Assembly: GCA_964276515.1 (NCBI GenBank)
Contig: OZ193910.1
Location: 3,286,001 to 3,350,000 of the forward strand
Length of the DNA stretch: 64,000 bases
Reading direction: 5' to 3'
DNA from: Gordius albopunctatus
Lineage: Eukaryota
Numbering within the stretch: position 1 is the first letter of the stretch; every line of letters begins with the position of its first letter. Positions 32,727 to 45,489 of the stretch are shown in pieces. The position numbers and the translations under genes are program-made. The notes beneath the pieces were generated by a model. That model worked only from the letters and a program-made list of their open reading frames with translations, was not told the origin of the DNA and ran no database searches.

Positions 32727-34992
32727 ATGGATTTGGTCCTAAAATATTGTGATCATTATTTTTTTACTCCATACATATATCCTACAACCTGGCCAGAGCA
32801 TAATATTTGGCGGCAATTATTAACATTAACAGTTGTTGTTAATTTAGGAGCTGTTGTCTTATATCTTGGCACGGCTTCTTTCAATTATTATTTTATATAT
32901 GATCACAATTTGAAGAAACACCCCCAATACTTGAAGGTATATAATTCTTTAATAGTTTGACTTGTAATTCATTATGGTTATCAACTTTTTTTTATAATAA
33001 GTTATGCTAAAATTTTCATTAGAATCAAATTCAGATGGAAATAACTTATGCTCTTAGCTCTATTCCTCTTATGAGCCTTCCTACCCTTTCAATTTTTATT
33101 TTGGAAGTCAGAGGCTTTAGCAAACTATATGATGACATGGTTGATGCCTCATATGGTAATTTTAATTTTTACAAGATGCTTTTAATAAAGGTGGATTATC
33201 TTTAATGAAACTAAAGATTCTGTATAAAAATAAATTATTTTAGCCAATAAAGAGATTTATAATAAAGCAAAATATAAGAGGCATAATTTATAATACATTG
33301 ACTTAATATATGATAAAGGGTGGTTTAGCATATTGTTGGGTGTACTAACTTTCATCCTTTTCACCGATTGTCTCATTTATTGGATACATCGTGCATTACA
33401 CTCCCGCCTTCTCTACAAACGTTTTCACAAACAACATCACAAATGGAAAATTCCAACTCCATTTGCCAGCCATGCATTTCATCCCTTAGATGGTTTTGCT
33501 CAAAGTTCACCTTACCATATCTATGTCTTCCTGTTGCCTCTTCATAAAGTGCATTTGATAGTTTTTGTTAAATTTTAAAATTTGCAAATTTAGTTATAAA
33601 TAGCAATAGACTAGCACTTTTATCAGTTCTTTGTGTCTATATGATATTTTGTAACTTCATTCATGTACCATCATATTTTATAATAGCTTTAAAATAATTA
33701 TTAAGCATGTATAAATTAGTGAATCTATTGTGACATTTCACAAATTTCCTATTTTTTATTCAAATTCCACATAATTAGTTTAGTTTATTCACAGAATACC
33801 TATTAAATATTTTGTGTATTATATTTCAAAATTTGGTAGTATTGATAAAAACAATCTTTGAGGCCATAACTTTTTATTTATATAGTTGGGTCCGTAGATA
33901 ATAAACATAGTTTTTATCCCATATTATTCATTATTCACAAGATTTGAGACAGGCTTATATTTGTTGAATATAGCAAGCAAAGTTTTGTTGAGCTAAATTA
34001 TTCAACTTATTTATCAATTTTTTTCTCGATTTACACAGCTGACCTACCTAGCTCTATTTGTGGCTGTTAACATCTGGACAGTATCTATACACGACGGAGA
34101 TTATAGGTAATAATGGCAAATATTGATTAATGTTACCCCTATAAGCTTAATTTTATATGTTTCTTGAATTCTTTAGTAGTCTACTAAGGTTGCTTCCAAA
34201 GTAGTGATGTAAAAACGGTTGGGTTTTGTTGTCAAAAAGTTTTCTCGCTTGTTTGATTAGTCGCATAAATAGACCGAAGGTTTTTTTTGCTCAACTCTTT
34301 GGTCTGTTAATGTTCAGTCAACTAGCACCAAAGCTCGACAAATTCTGTACACTCCATAACAAAGCGTGGAAGAAATAGTGTTGACTTATTTCATAATTCA
34401 CCAAATCAAACAAATTCAAAATAATATGTAATTCCCTACTATTCTTAGCTCAAAGCATTGGTGCTCAAAATTTAACTTTAAATGAAAGTTTCTAATGTAA
34501 TTTTGCGAAATCGTCGTAATTTAGTTTACGTTTATAGCCAGCATTGGAATTAGAGGGGGGCAATACGATCGTTTTTTTGAAATTTTAGTTCTAATTTAAA
34601 CAAATTTTTGGAATTAGAGGGGGGGGCAGCCGCCCCTCCTTGGCTACCCCCGTGAACCTTAGTTTTGCAATTATGGGCTGGAGTAAATGTTTTAAAACTT
34701 AATTTACAGAGTACCCTGGTACCTAAGGCCGTGGATAAATGGGAGCGCTCATCACATGGACCATCACATTTACTACAACTATAATTACGGGCAATTTTTT
34801 ACGTTGTGGGATCGGATTGGGGGTTCTTTTAGAGAGCCTTCCTCCTTTCAAGGCTGGGGACCTTTAGATTTCATTAGAAACCCCGAAGACTGGAAAAGAG
34901 CTCGAATGTGTTCTTCTACGACAACCAATGGCCTAGATAATCGCCATTTTGAAATGTCCAAAACTGCGAATAACGCTGAAAAAGAAGAATAA
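32727..34992 (+). CDS. SC5D: Sterol C5-desaturase (lathosterol oxidase), 307 aa
   Basis: Exons 32727-32936, 33023-33155, 33319-33548, 34039-34106, 34710-34992 in phase. N-terminus [24 protein letters not shown]; His boxes HRALH, HKQHH, HMDHH; motifs [13 protein letters not shown] and [15 protein letters not shown]. Confidence 0.95.
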
Positions 34993-35830
34993 GCTAATTC
35001 GCCCCGCTCCTCAATAGCAATACCCTTTTTATCCGTATATTTACAAGCCCCTTCCCTACGAATTTCCGATATTTTACAGGGTTAAAATGCCGAAAATTTT
35101 TGCGGTTTTTCCCCTTCGAGTTTAAAACTCTCGCGTTTTCCTATTTAATTAATTGAAGCAATATCCAATTTTTAAAACTGCCCTCCCTCGGTGTCCGTGT
35201 AGATACATACGACACTAGGTCACAAATCTCTTGTGTCGCTAATTACCAACTTTTCTTTTGTTAGTGTTTGACACTTAAATTTTAGTGGGGGGGGGGAAAT
35301 ATTAAAATTGTGTAATTTAGGAGAAAAGAAGGGCGAAAATTAGGAATAAATTATTCTGTAATATCACATATAACCACTTACACACTTTTGCAATATCGAA
35401 AAAGAATCAAAAACTGTTGTATAACGCGTACCTTTCATCGATTACTTCCTAACTTCTATTTATTTCCACCTGCTCAAACTTTTTAAAATTGATTGTCATC
35501 GACGTTTAAATCATTGTTTTTATTGTTGGTTTGATATTTCCATGAGTTTTTGATAAAATTTTATCATTTAATATTTCTCCGTATTATCCCTTTTTAAAAG
35601 GTCGTGTATTTTATAATGTTATTTCCATGAATTAAAATAATGTTTTTTTTTAAAATTATATACAAGGATATAATAGGTGTTATCAAATGCCTGTAAGTGT
35701 GATACACTTTGTTTGTAGGGATTACATAGTAGGTTAATCGTTTTGGTGCTTGACATCAACTAGCGCTAAAATGAATATCACAAGTGACACTAAGAAGACT
35801 TAGACAATTATTATATTTACGATTATTATT

Positions 35831-36775
35831 CAGGCGCTTAGCCAGGATTTTCTCGAGGGGGGGGGAAATTTCAAAAAAAAAATTATAGCATTTTTATTTC
35901 AACAACAAAAATATCAAATTCGCATATAAAATAAAAATAAAGTTATTATAAAATAATTTTATATTTTCTTTTCCCCATTGATAAAATATTAAGAACTTCA
36001 TCAGGAGTAGGAGCTAACTCCCGATGAATTGTCAATAAAGCCAATCCATTTAATCTATTCTTAGACATGATATTTCTAATGTAAGTTTTTAGCCTCCTCA
36101 GCGTTGAGAAGCTTCGTTCATTAGTACACGTTGTGATTGGAAGGCAGGCTAATAGATATAGAAGAGTCGTTATATTTGGTAGGGATTTTAATATATTATG
36201 TTCGGATAAGGCGTTTAAAGGATTCTTTGGACGAGATCCTTCTGAGATTTACCAGATATTGAATTCTGCTATGAGATCTTCATTAGTCCCTTGGAGATCA
36301 TTTGCATAAAACTACGATAGAAAATTTATTTTTAATCGCGTTTCTGGTGAAACAATAAAGGAATTTTGGGGAAATAAAATCTGGAAATTTTCCAAAACTT
36401 GTTTCTTGTCCAGAAACCGTTCATTCAATTGTGTAATTAAATTATTATCACTTAATAGAAACATAAAGCATTATAATTAATTATTCTTAGAATAACAAAT
36501 TACTGGCTGTGGTGTCGGATGATTTGATGCAGAAAAAATTGTGAATTTTCATTTTACAGGTGAGCAATTGAAAAAGGAAAAAGACAATAATGGTTCATAG
36601 TCTTTTGGTCGAAATTTATTTCAAAAACGGAAAATAATATTTACTTAATTTATAATTAAAAATAAATTAATAAGTGTTCTACTTAACTTAGTCATTTATT
36701 GTAACTATAAAATAAAAACTTTGAATCTAAAAAATATTTTAAAATTTTTGCCAAGGGGCCTTATTTACGCCACTG
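35831..36775 (-). mobile_element. Internally deleted hAT (Tip100/ZMYM1-like) transposon
   Basis: 8-bp TSD TTATTATT (35823-35830, 36776-36783); ends CAGGCGCTTAGCCAGG ... TACGCCACTG. Minus strand ~36186-35947 encodes the dimerisation domain LPNITTLLYLLACLPITTCTNERSFSTLRRLKTYIRNIMSKNRLNGLALLTIHRE. Confidence 0.9.
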
Positions 36776-36981
36776 TTATTATTAAAATCTAAAAGTGTAA
36801 ATAAAGGGGCATAAATGATTATAATATTTATTGAAATTAATAATATTGTTTTGTAAATTGTAGTTTGCATAATTTTTATTGCTAGTCCACCAGTGCAGAA
36901 ATAGTTGCGGCAAGATTTTAAAAGGCGTTAAAAAGAGTTGTAAGCAGTCGAAGGAGAAATTATAACTGTTTAACTGGTCAT

Positions 36982-38177
36982 TTATTTATCATTATTCTTG
37001 ATCCAGCTTTCATACAGCGAAACATCTACAAATGGCATGGGATTTTGACATTTATCATAGATTCCAACTCCATATAGCATTGGCTTTTCTCCTAGCCCAC
37101 ATACAAGGGCAAGTCCGGCGTCATTCTTCATTATTTAATATTTTTTTAATTTAAAATAATTATAATATGGGTAAGCATGATTTTAGCCTTAAAAATTAAA
37201 TCGCACTTACTAGGCATTCCACTTTTTCCTGGTTTTCGCTCTTGAACTATCATCAGCATAAATTACACCCCGTTTCCCTTTGTATACTTTGAGCCAGCAT
37301 TTTTCCTTCTTGATAAAGTCGGGATAGATACCGTCCCTTTTACCTTTAATATAAATAAATAAGAGCAATCATTGACATGGGCTTAGTCAGGGGGGGGGAT
37401 AGGCGTAGGGAGGGGCGGCTGCCCCCCTCTAAATTCAAAAAGTTGTTGAAATTTTTTAAAATTAGGGCTAAAATTTCAAAAAATGTTCATATTGCCCCTC
37501 CTAAATCCATATTGCCCTCCCACCTCTAATTCCGATGCTGGATACATCCATGATTCTTGATAAATATTTACTTCCAATTTTTTTCCAAAATGAACCCTCA
37601 CACATCCTTCTCTACTTAGGATAGTGGTATTTCTAGAGGCTGTTACTAATTTTTTGGCTTTGAGTTTGTCTTTGTACAAAATTTTATCGGTCATCAATGT
37701 CGCTAAGGGGTTTTTTAACCTTGTTTAACACTATATGTTTAGCTTTAACCTTGAAAGCTTGATTAGGTAATTGATTGCTCCCTCACATTAGAATAATCTT
37801 TTTAGGCGTCCTATGGAAAAAATTAAAAATATTTATAAATCCTTAATAACAACATCATGTTTTAAGAGGTTTTTTTTAAGAAAAATTAACTTTAATATGT
37901 TTTTGTATTGTGCAAAACATGCCATGGAACATTTTTAGCACCAATGATAATATAATTATTTGGTTGTTGGTAACATCCTCGACATAAATTTACATTAATG
38001 ACAGTTTTATTATTGCGACTGTTATATCTCTCTTCACAATATTCCAAGTCTATATTATAAATTTTAAAATAATCTTTTAAAAATATGTTTACCTTCATCT
38101 TCACCTTTCTTATAACAAAATCCTATAAACAGCGAATTCCAGGAAAAACATTGTAATAATAAATTAGAAAGATACAT
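36982..38177 (-). pseudogene. Secreted trypsin-fold (S1) non-catalytic protease homologue with three 1-nt frameshifts
   Basis: Exons 38177-38093, 38049-37891, 37719-37602, 37343-37211, 37125-36982. Hydrophobic N-terminus MYLSNLLLQCFSWNSLFIGFC. Colinear S1 landmarks: CRG...YIIIGAK.C, ILKLKNPL, VSIPTLS..C, ECL|NDAGLALVC (GDSGGPLVC position, Ser to Ala), LYGVG...C..P.PFVDVSLYESWI. Three single-base additions (about 37934, 37300, 37248) restore ~213 aa. Confidence 0.7.
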
Positions 38178-38293
38178 GATTATAGTTTTACATAATTTTG
38201 GCCTTTTTATAGAATCCTATTTAGTTAGATTAATCGTGATTCGACAATTTCTATCTAATTTATTTCAGTTTAAGTTGCTATATATGCTATTAA

Positions 38294-38920
38294 TTGCTAT
38301 GCAATTTATGGGCTCACTTTCCATTTTGTTTGTCACGCTGTTCGTGTCACGCACCGAATGTCCTCGTCTTGTTTATTTTTTGTTCGTATTATAATTTAAC
38401 TAGTTTGTGGGTTCGAATCTGCCAAATTTTATTTTATTATAATTTAACTAGTTTGTGGGTTCGAATCTGCCAAATTTTATTTTTTTAATTAATATTATGT
38501 TCTTGTTAATACCAATGGATAATATGACTTTTTGACCTTCCGCTGGCTACTGACCAATTAAAAAAATGACCATTGGCCAAATAAATCGAAATTTTTCGTT
38601 TTTCAATAGGTTAACATTGATAAATTGCCCTATGCTCTCCCTTACAAGTGCCTATGCTTCTGCTGATATGGGTCCCTGTGCCCCTACAAAGGCTTATGCC
38701 TCTATTTAATGTGGGTTCGAATCCCGGCGAGGGCAATTTTTGTATAAATAATTAACTAATCATTTTGCATTTAATACCCCTCTATAGGCATTTTCGCCCC
38801 TTCCCAGTTCCCACCTTTCTCGCCCACATTTTTTAATTAGATGGAAAATTTGTATAAACATTTTGCATATAACGCCCATAAATTGCATAGCAAATATGCT
38901 ACGTTTATACGGAGTATAGA
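38294..38920 (+). mobile_element. Helentron-associated / DINE-1-like non-autonomous element
   Basis: Perfect 20-bp subterminal inverted repeat TTGCTATGCAATTTATGGGC (38294-38313, 38874-38893) followed by a short imperfect stem-loop (~38895-38918); internal tandem repeat. Partial relatives at ~6105 (with GTCC microsatellite), ~60730-60770 (reverse) and ~62250. Confidence 0.65.
38387..38482. repeat. 48-bp tandem duplication containing a Pol III B-box-like GGTTCGAATC
   Basis: TATTATAATTTAACTAGTTTGTGGGTTCGAATCTGCCAAATTTTATTT present twice; a third GTGGGTTCGAATCCC at ~38711. Confidence 0.9.
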
Positions 38921-39904
38921 CGAGTCGTCCCCCCTTCCCTTCTCCCCTCCCCCTTCCCACGAGGGCCGAAGCCCCGAGTTTTAATAACATATCACTAGAC
39001 CTAAATATATAATAGGTATATATAATAGGTATAATCTATATTTGTATGGTTTTATACTGTTTGAATAATGTTTAATCTCGAGATCTTATTAAGCAGATAA
39101 AGCTATCAAATTTTTAATTGTCATCTTCATCTATCATTCATAATTTTATTTAAATGGAATAACAAATATTTTAATAAGCAAACTCCTGAGTATATTTTGA
39201 TATCTATTTGTTTATTATTGCAAGAAAAAGTCTATATAGATTATGTAGTCTGAAATCCAAATTAAATTCCAAAATGTATTGCAAACAATCGTAAAAATAT
39301 GAGTTTTTAATATGTACTTAAACATAAAAGATTAAATGTGTATCTAAACGTATATGTAAGTAGATTACTATACTCAGGTTAATAAATTTTTTAACTTTTT
39401 AATGTCAGGGTTAACCTTAAGAACTAAAATTGCTTAGAGTGTTTATAATATTTGTTTTTCTTAATTATTGCTATAAAAATATTTTTAAAATATTTCATTA
39501 AAATTAATTATCGTTCTGGAGAGAATATACATTTCTTAAAAAAATATTATGACGCTATCTGAATTTTGATGTATGTATTAAATATATTTTGCATGACGCC
39601 AAATTTAAAAATGGCAGTCATATTTTCAATTTAATACACGAGTACAGGGCCATAGATAGAAATTTTTTAAGAGGGGTTTTGGAATCCAAATCATTAAAAA
39701 TATAATTATAACGATTATAAGAGTTCTCTAGTGTTTCCACAGCCCAATAATATTTTATTTCAACTTGCCTATAAGGCCTTTAAAACAATTAAAATTTTAA
39801 TGCTGCAAAAAATATTGAAAATTCTTCTGTTTAAAAATTTTTTTAATAACAACTGAGCATATTTTGAAAAAAACAACAGAAGATTTTTTTTAAAAACTGA
39901 CTAT

Positions 39905-40148
39905 TTTGGTGAACTAGGCTTGGGGTGGTTTTTGTCATTGGTTGATGTTATTGAGATTTGTTGAATATGAATTAGTTTATTTAAATGAATCGCGAACACA
40001 AGATATTTAGAATAAGCGAGCTGAAATAAAGTAGCGATGATAAGGGTTGTTGAATAATGAATCGAGGAAGTAAGTTATGAATGCATGGCATAGAAGTTAC
40101 ATAATAAACGACGCGAATATGCATATATAAACGATGCAGCTCACCACA
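39905..40148 (-). repeat. 3' LTR, 244 bp
   Basis: Direct repeat of 43986-44226; starts TGTGGTGA after the PPT and ends TCACCAAA. Confidence 0.95.
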
Positions 40149-43100
40149 TTACTCCTCTTCCTAAATACGGAGTGTTAGATGAACTCGGATAGCTTCTTTG
40201 GCCAATGAACGTTCCGACCACTTTTACTAGTGTATTTACTTTGTCGGGGGGGGGAGGGGTGTTGATGAACTAGTGCCTGAATTAGGGGTCGGACCTGTCG
40301 ATTTAGACATGCCGGCTGAAACAGCTTCCGCCTTGCCCGTTTGCGGCGTAGATGATGATGAACTAACGTCCGGGTCGGAATCTAAATGTGCTGGCTTTAT
40401 CCTGTCGATTGAAATGGTCTCAGCCTTACCGTTCTTCTCCACTAAATAATATCTATTATACCTCTTAAGCACCTAAAGGGTCCATTGAACGCAACGCACA
40501 AACCTTTGTGGGATTCATCGTTGCGTATAAAAACGAAATTACTTGTTTTTAAGGCATTATATAAATTTGGATGAAATGGTAGGTGAGCAAAATGATTTTT
40601 AAGACAATTGATGTATTCGGGAATATCGATGGCTTTTTTTAATCGTTCGAACATAACCAGTGGAACTAGTTCATCACATTTCGTTATATCGCCTTGGGCT
40701 TTTAAGGCTACCTTAAGCTGCCTGTGAAAACGTTCGACCATTCCATTAGATTCTGGGTGATAAGCTGTAGTCCTACTGTGATGAAAACCCAAAAGACGCG
40801 CCAACTCGGAGAAAAGTCTAGACTCAAATTGCACCCCCCCCCCCTATCAGTAGTAATCGTTACTGGAACTCCATAATTTGATATCCAGTGTTTAACAAAC
40901 TCTTGGGCCATATTTTCATCGGTAATTTTAGTTATGGGCACTGCAATTGGCCAACGGGTAAATCTGTCGACAGCAGTAAGCAAGTAGGTATAGCCGTTAG
41001 CGGGTGGTAAAGGACCAACTAAATCAAGATGCACATGGCTGAATCGTGCATCCGGATTGGCAAAAATACCAGGGGTTGTGATAGTGTGTTTGTTGACCTT
41101 ACACTTTTGACATTGAAAGCATTGTCTTGCCCATGACCGTACGTATTTATTCATCTGTGGCCATACGAATCGTTTAGCCACCAGCTTAAGAGTTCCACCG
41201 ATTCCGGGATGAGCGAGGTTATGTATGAGGTGGAACACCTTTCGCGTCATTGAAGTAGGTATAACCGGGTGTGGTGTGGCGCAAGAGGTGTCACATTTAA
41301 TCGTCAAATTTGAACCTAGAATAGGGAAATCGGAAACTTTAAGCGACTAAAGCTGGTCGGGACTGTAAAATTCTAATTCTTGCGATCTAGCTATCTGCTC
41401 TGAGGTTAAACTTTCAAGGTGAATGCTGTCTATGTCCACGCGGGACAACGCGTCGGCTACAATATTCGCCTTACCTTTAATAAACTGTATATTTGAAATA
41501 AATTGTGATATGTAGTCTAGCTGTCTTATTTCCCTTGGTGAGTATTTGTCAGATTTGCTAGCTAAGGCGTAGGTCAGGGGCTTGTGATCTGTGTAAACTA
41601 TGAAGTCTCGCCCTTCCAAAACATATCGATAATGTTATATAGAGAGGTAGATAGCAAGTAATTCTCTACCAAATGTGCTGTAGCGCGTCTGAGTCTTATT
41701 TAATTTAAGCGAAAAAAATGACAGGGGACTACTTTCTCCATTTAATGTTTGGTGCAGGACGGCGCCGATGGCGGTGTTTGACGCGTCGGTTGTTAATGAG
41801 AGAGTGACGCTTTCTAATAGGTGATTCAGGGTCATGATCTCATCAAGCGCTTCCTTAGTCTTGTTGAATGCATCCTATGCGTCTTGTGTTAAACGAGGGG
41901 TCCTTTTGAGTCATTGAGCAGATCAGTTAATGGCTGGAGGAGGAGTGCACAGCTAGGTATAAAACGTCGGTAAAAATTTACCATACCTATGAAGCGACGA
42001 AGTTGCGTCATGGTTGTTGGGGTGGCAAAACTTTTGATAGCTGAGATTCTGTCTGGTATTGGCGTTAAACCTTGTGGGGAAACTTGATGTCCTAGGAAAT
42101 CCAGAGAAGAACATCCCCATTGGTACTTGTCCAGGTTAATATTTACATCAAACTCTCGTAATCGTGTAAAAACCTGACGTAAGTGGTCTAAATGTTCACT
42201 AGTTGATGTACTTGCGATTAAAATATCGTCCAAATATGCGAAGGTAAAATTGAGACCGCGAAGAGCTTGGCCAATGAAGCGTTGGAATGTTTGAGCAGCA
42301 TTTCGTAAACCAAAAGGCATTCGCAAAAATTCATAAAGACAGAAAGGTGTAGTTATTGCAGTCTTTGCGATGTCTTCCAAGGCTACGGGTATTGGATGGT
42401 ATGCCCTGACTAGATCTATTTTTGTATAGATGGTTGTGCCGGCTAGGTTGAGCGAGAAATCGTGTAGATGTGATAAGGGGTAACGATCCGGTATTGTTAT
42501 AACGTTAAGTGCTCGGTAATCTCCACATGGTCGCCAATCTCCTGGAGTTTTTTTCGGAACCACGTGCAGTGGAGAACTCCAGGGGCTTTCTGAGGATTGA
42601 ATTATGCCGAGTTCGAGCATGTGTGCAAACTCTTGTTTGGCAACCTTTAGCTTGACAGGGTCTAAGCGTCTAGGTCTGGCATAAACGGGTGGTCCTTTTG
42701 TACGTATGTGGTGGACTACTTGATGGTTTACGCGTGACCTGTAATTTGGAGGGGTATAAATTTCTGGGAATTCCTTTAATAAACTTGCGAATTCTTCCCT
42801 AACGGTTGGGAGCAAGACTGAATTCTTAAAGATGTTGTTGAGGTGGGTACACCATTTGATATTTTCGCTGTTTGTGTGTCTATCAACCTTTTCCTTCTTA
42901 AATCTACTGTGAGATTGAAAAAATCGAGGAAATCCGCCCCCAAAATGGGTGTTTTGACGTCTGCGATCCTTAATATCCACTTGAACGTTTTTCGCAAACC
43001 GAGATCAAGCGATGAAGAAATTTGACCGTAGGTTTTGATACAGCTGTTGTTGGCAGCTTGTAATTGAAAAGGGGCAGGTAGGGAACGTTGATTTGATTTA

Positions 43101-43985
43101 GGTGACAGGGCGCTGATGTCCGCGTCGGTATCGACGAGCCAGCGGTGCCCGGAAAGTTTGTCGATGATATAAAATAGGCGACTACAATGAATATGACCGA
43201 GCTCGGGCGTCGCCTTTCCCGGCTGGTCTAGGCGTTTGTCGAAAATCGGGACGTGAAAGAGCAAGGAGGGGTACATTTTTTGGGTTGTTTTTAAAATTTT
43301 TGTGGTACCAGCACACGTCGCTGGCATTATTATCATTAGGGGAAAGAGAGTGACGTGAGTTATAGGGATGGGGGAACCCGGCGAGTAGGGGACCTGGCAG
43401 AATTTGCCGTTAGTTTCTGGACTTCCAGCGATAATTTTTCCACCATCTCTTTTAGACTTGAAATTTGATTGTTAGTAGATAAGCTATGTATGGTGTTGCC
43501 TTGATTTGCCTCGGCGATACGATCAGCCGTTTCAGCTAATTTTTACGTACATTGCTTAGTAGCGAACACTGCGAGAATGTTGGTAAAATGACTAGGCAAT
43601 CTATTAAGCCACATTCGCTTTAAAATCTCGTCGTCCATGGTATAGTTTCCAATCAGCTGTTTCATCTGTTGCAGTAACTGCGAGAGTGATCTATCCCCTA
43701 ATTCTAAATTATTTAGAAGGTTTAATTGCTGCTGGTCGGAGTTTGAAGTACGACGAATTATTGCTAGGTTGATACGTTCGAAAGCATCGTCTTTGGTAAT
43801 GTCCTCGAAAAGATTTTGTACCTCTGTACAAACGCTTTGAGGTAATGCCTCAAGTAGCAGGGCCAACTTACTCTAAGGTTTGCTTACTTTGCGCAAGCGA
43901 AATAATGTTTATATCCTTGCGAACCAAGCTCTGGAATTATCACTGTCAAAATTTGGGAGTTTAAAGATTACGTCGGGTTCACCAC

Positions 43986-44226
43986 TTTGGTGAACTAGGC
44001 TTGGGGGGGGGGGGGGTTTTGTCATTGGTTAATGTTATTGAGATTTGTTGAATATGAATTAGTTTATTTAAATGAATCGCGAACACAAGATATTTAGAAT
44101 AAGCGAGCTGAAATAAAGTAGCGATGATAATGGTTGTTGAATAATGAATCGTGGAAGTAAGTTATGAATGGAAGTTACATAATAAACGACGCGAATATGC
44201 ATATATAAACGATACAGCTCACCACA
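43986..44226 (-). repeat. 5' LTR, 241 bp
   Basis: Direct repeat of 39905-40148; followed after 1 nt by the PBS TGGTGAACCCGACGT. Confidence 0.95.
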
Positions 44227-44609
44227 CTATGCATTTAAATAACACCCTACATTTTATACCTCTGAGAGGAATCCCTTGTTTTCTACAGAAGATGATTGTT
44301 TAAATTATAACAATGAGTGCTTGTCTTAATTTATATTTATTCATCCTATTTTCTTCTGATAATAAATTACAAATTAATTCTTTTTTATTGGTATAAATAT
44401 TCTCCAATGAATTAAAAGTTTCAATTGAATGTTGATGATATTTAGCAGAAGCATGAGCTTTGAAAACTTCTAAAGCATTTTTCCATTTTTGAAATGGACA
44501 TGTAATTAGGGCTTTTAATTCCTGGTGAGATCCATATCCACGAGTTCTTTTGCCCATAATTACACAGAATTTACAAAAGGCCCCGTGAAGAGACTCAGAA
44601 TAGGCCAAC

Positions 44610-45489
44610 TAGTGATGATAAAACCTAGGTTTGTACAACCCAAACCTAAGGTTTGGGTTAAGGTTGGAAAAAGACCTTTAAGGTCTTTCAGATTCCCTAA
44701 CCCAAAACTGGGGTGGAACCCCAAAAAGACCTTAAAAACCTTAAGGTCTTTTATACACCCAAACCTTAACCCGTGGTTGGGGTTAGGTTTACCTGGTGCT
44801 AATGTTTTGAAGTATAGGCGTGAAATAAGAGTATATTATTTTTTAGATATTAATATATTTATTTTTTAATGAAAAAATGAATTTTATTTAAATATTTTAA
44901 TATATAATAAATAGAAAATGATTTTTTTATTATTATTCATTTAATTTCATAATATAATCTTGGGGTAAATTAATTAAAAAATAATATTGGGTTATTGTTT
45001 TAGCACCATCTAGCTTGTAATTTAATTCGCCACGAGAACGAGACAGGGATGGCATGGCGAATTTAATTACAAGCTAGATGGTGCTAAAACAATAACCCAA
45101 TATTATTTTTTAATTAATTTACCCCAAGATTATATTATGAAATTAAATGAATAATAATAAAAAAATCATTTTCTATTTATTATAAATTAAAATATTTAAA
45201 AAAAATTCATTTCTTTATTAAAAAATAAATATATTAATATCTAAAAAATAATATACTCTTATTTCACGCCTATACTTCAAAACATTAGCCCCAGGTCAAC
45301 CTAACCCCAACCCCGGGTTAAGGTTTGGGTGTATAAAAGACCTTAAGGTTTTTAAGGTCTTCTTGGGGTTCCACCCCAGTTTTGGGTTAGGGAATCTGAA
45401 AGACCTTAAAGGTTTTTTTCCAACCTTAACCCAAAACCCACCTCGGGTTTGACCTCGGGAAAACCCAACCTAGGTTTTGATCACCACTA
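44610..45489. mobile_element. 880-bp fold-back (palindromic) non-autonomous hAT-type element
   Basis: Perfect 8-bp TSD AGGCCAAC (44602-44609, 45490-45497); TAGTG...CACTA termini; arms 44610-45032 and 45055-45489 are near-perfect reverse complements around a 22-nt spacer. Confidence 0.95.

Larger units (their letters stand above)
39905..44226 (-). mobile_element. Full-length decayed Ty3/Gypsy LTR retrotransposon, CsRn1/Kabuki-like
   Basis: Two LTRs; 4-bp TSD CTAT (39901-39904, 44227-44230); PBS resembling the tRNA-Trp 3' end (43967-43984); PPT GGAAGAGGAG near 40152-40161. Gag with CWYH-x9-C-x3-C motif (~43315-43260, one frameshift), protease LVDTDA, RT YLDD, RNase H TDAS, integrase HHCC and DDE; several stops and frameshifts. 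Confidence 0.95.

Noticed and set aside
38387..38482. CRISPR-like repeat
   Set aside because: Adjacent tandem copies with no spacers, eukaryotic context and no cas genes.
44525..44869. 114-aa plus-strand ORF
   Set aside because: Runs through the arm of the fold-back element; low-complexity chance frame.
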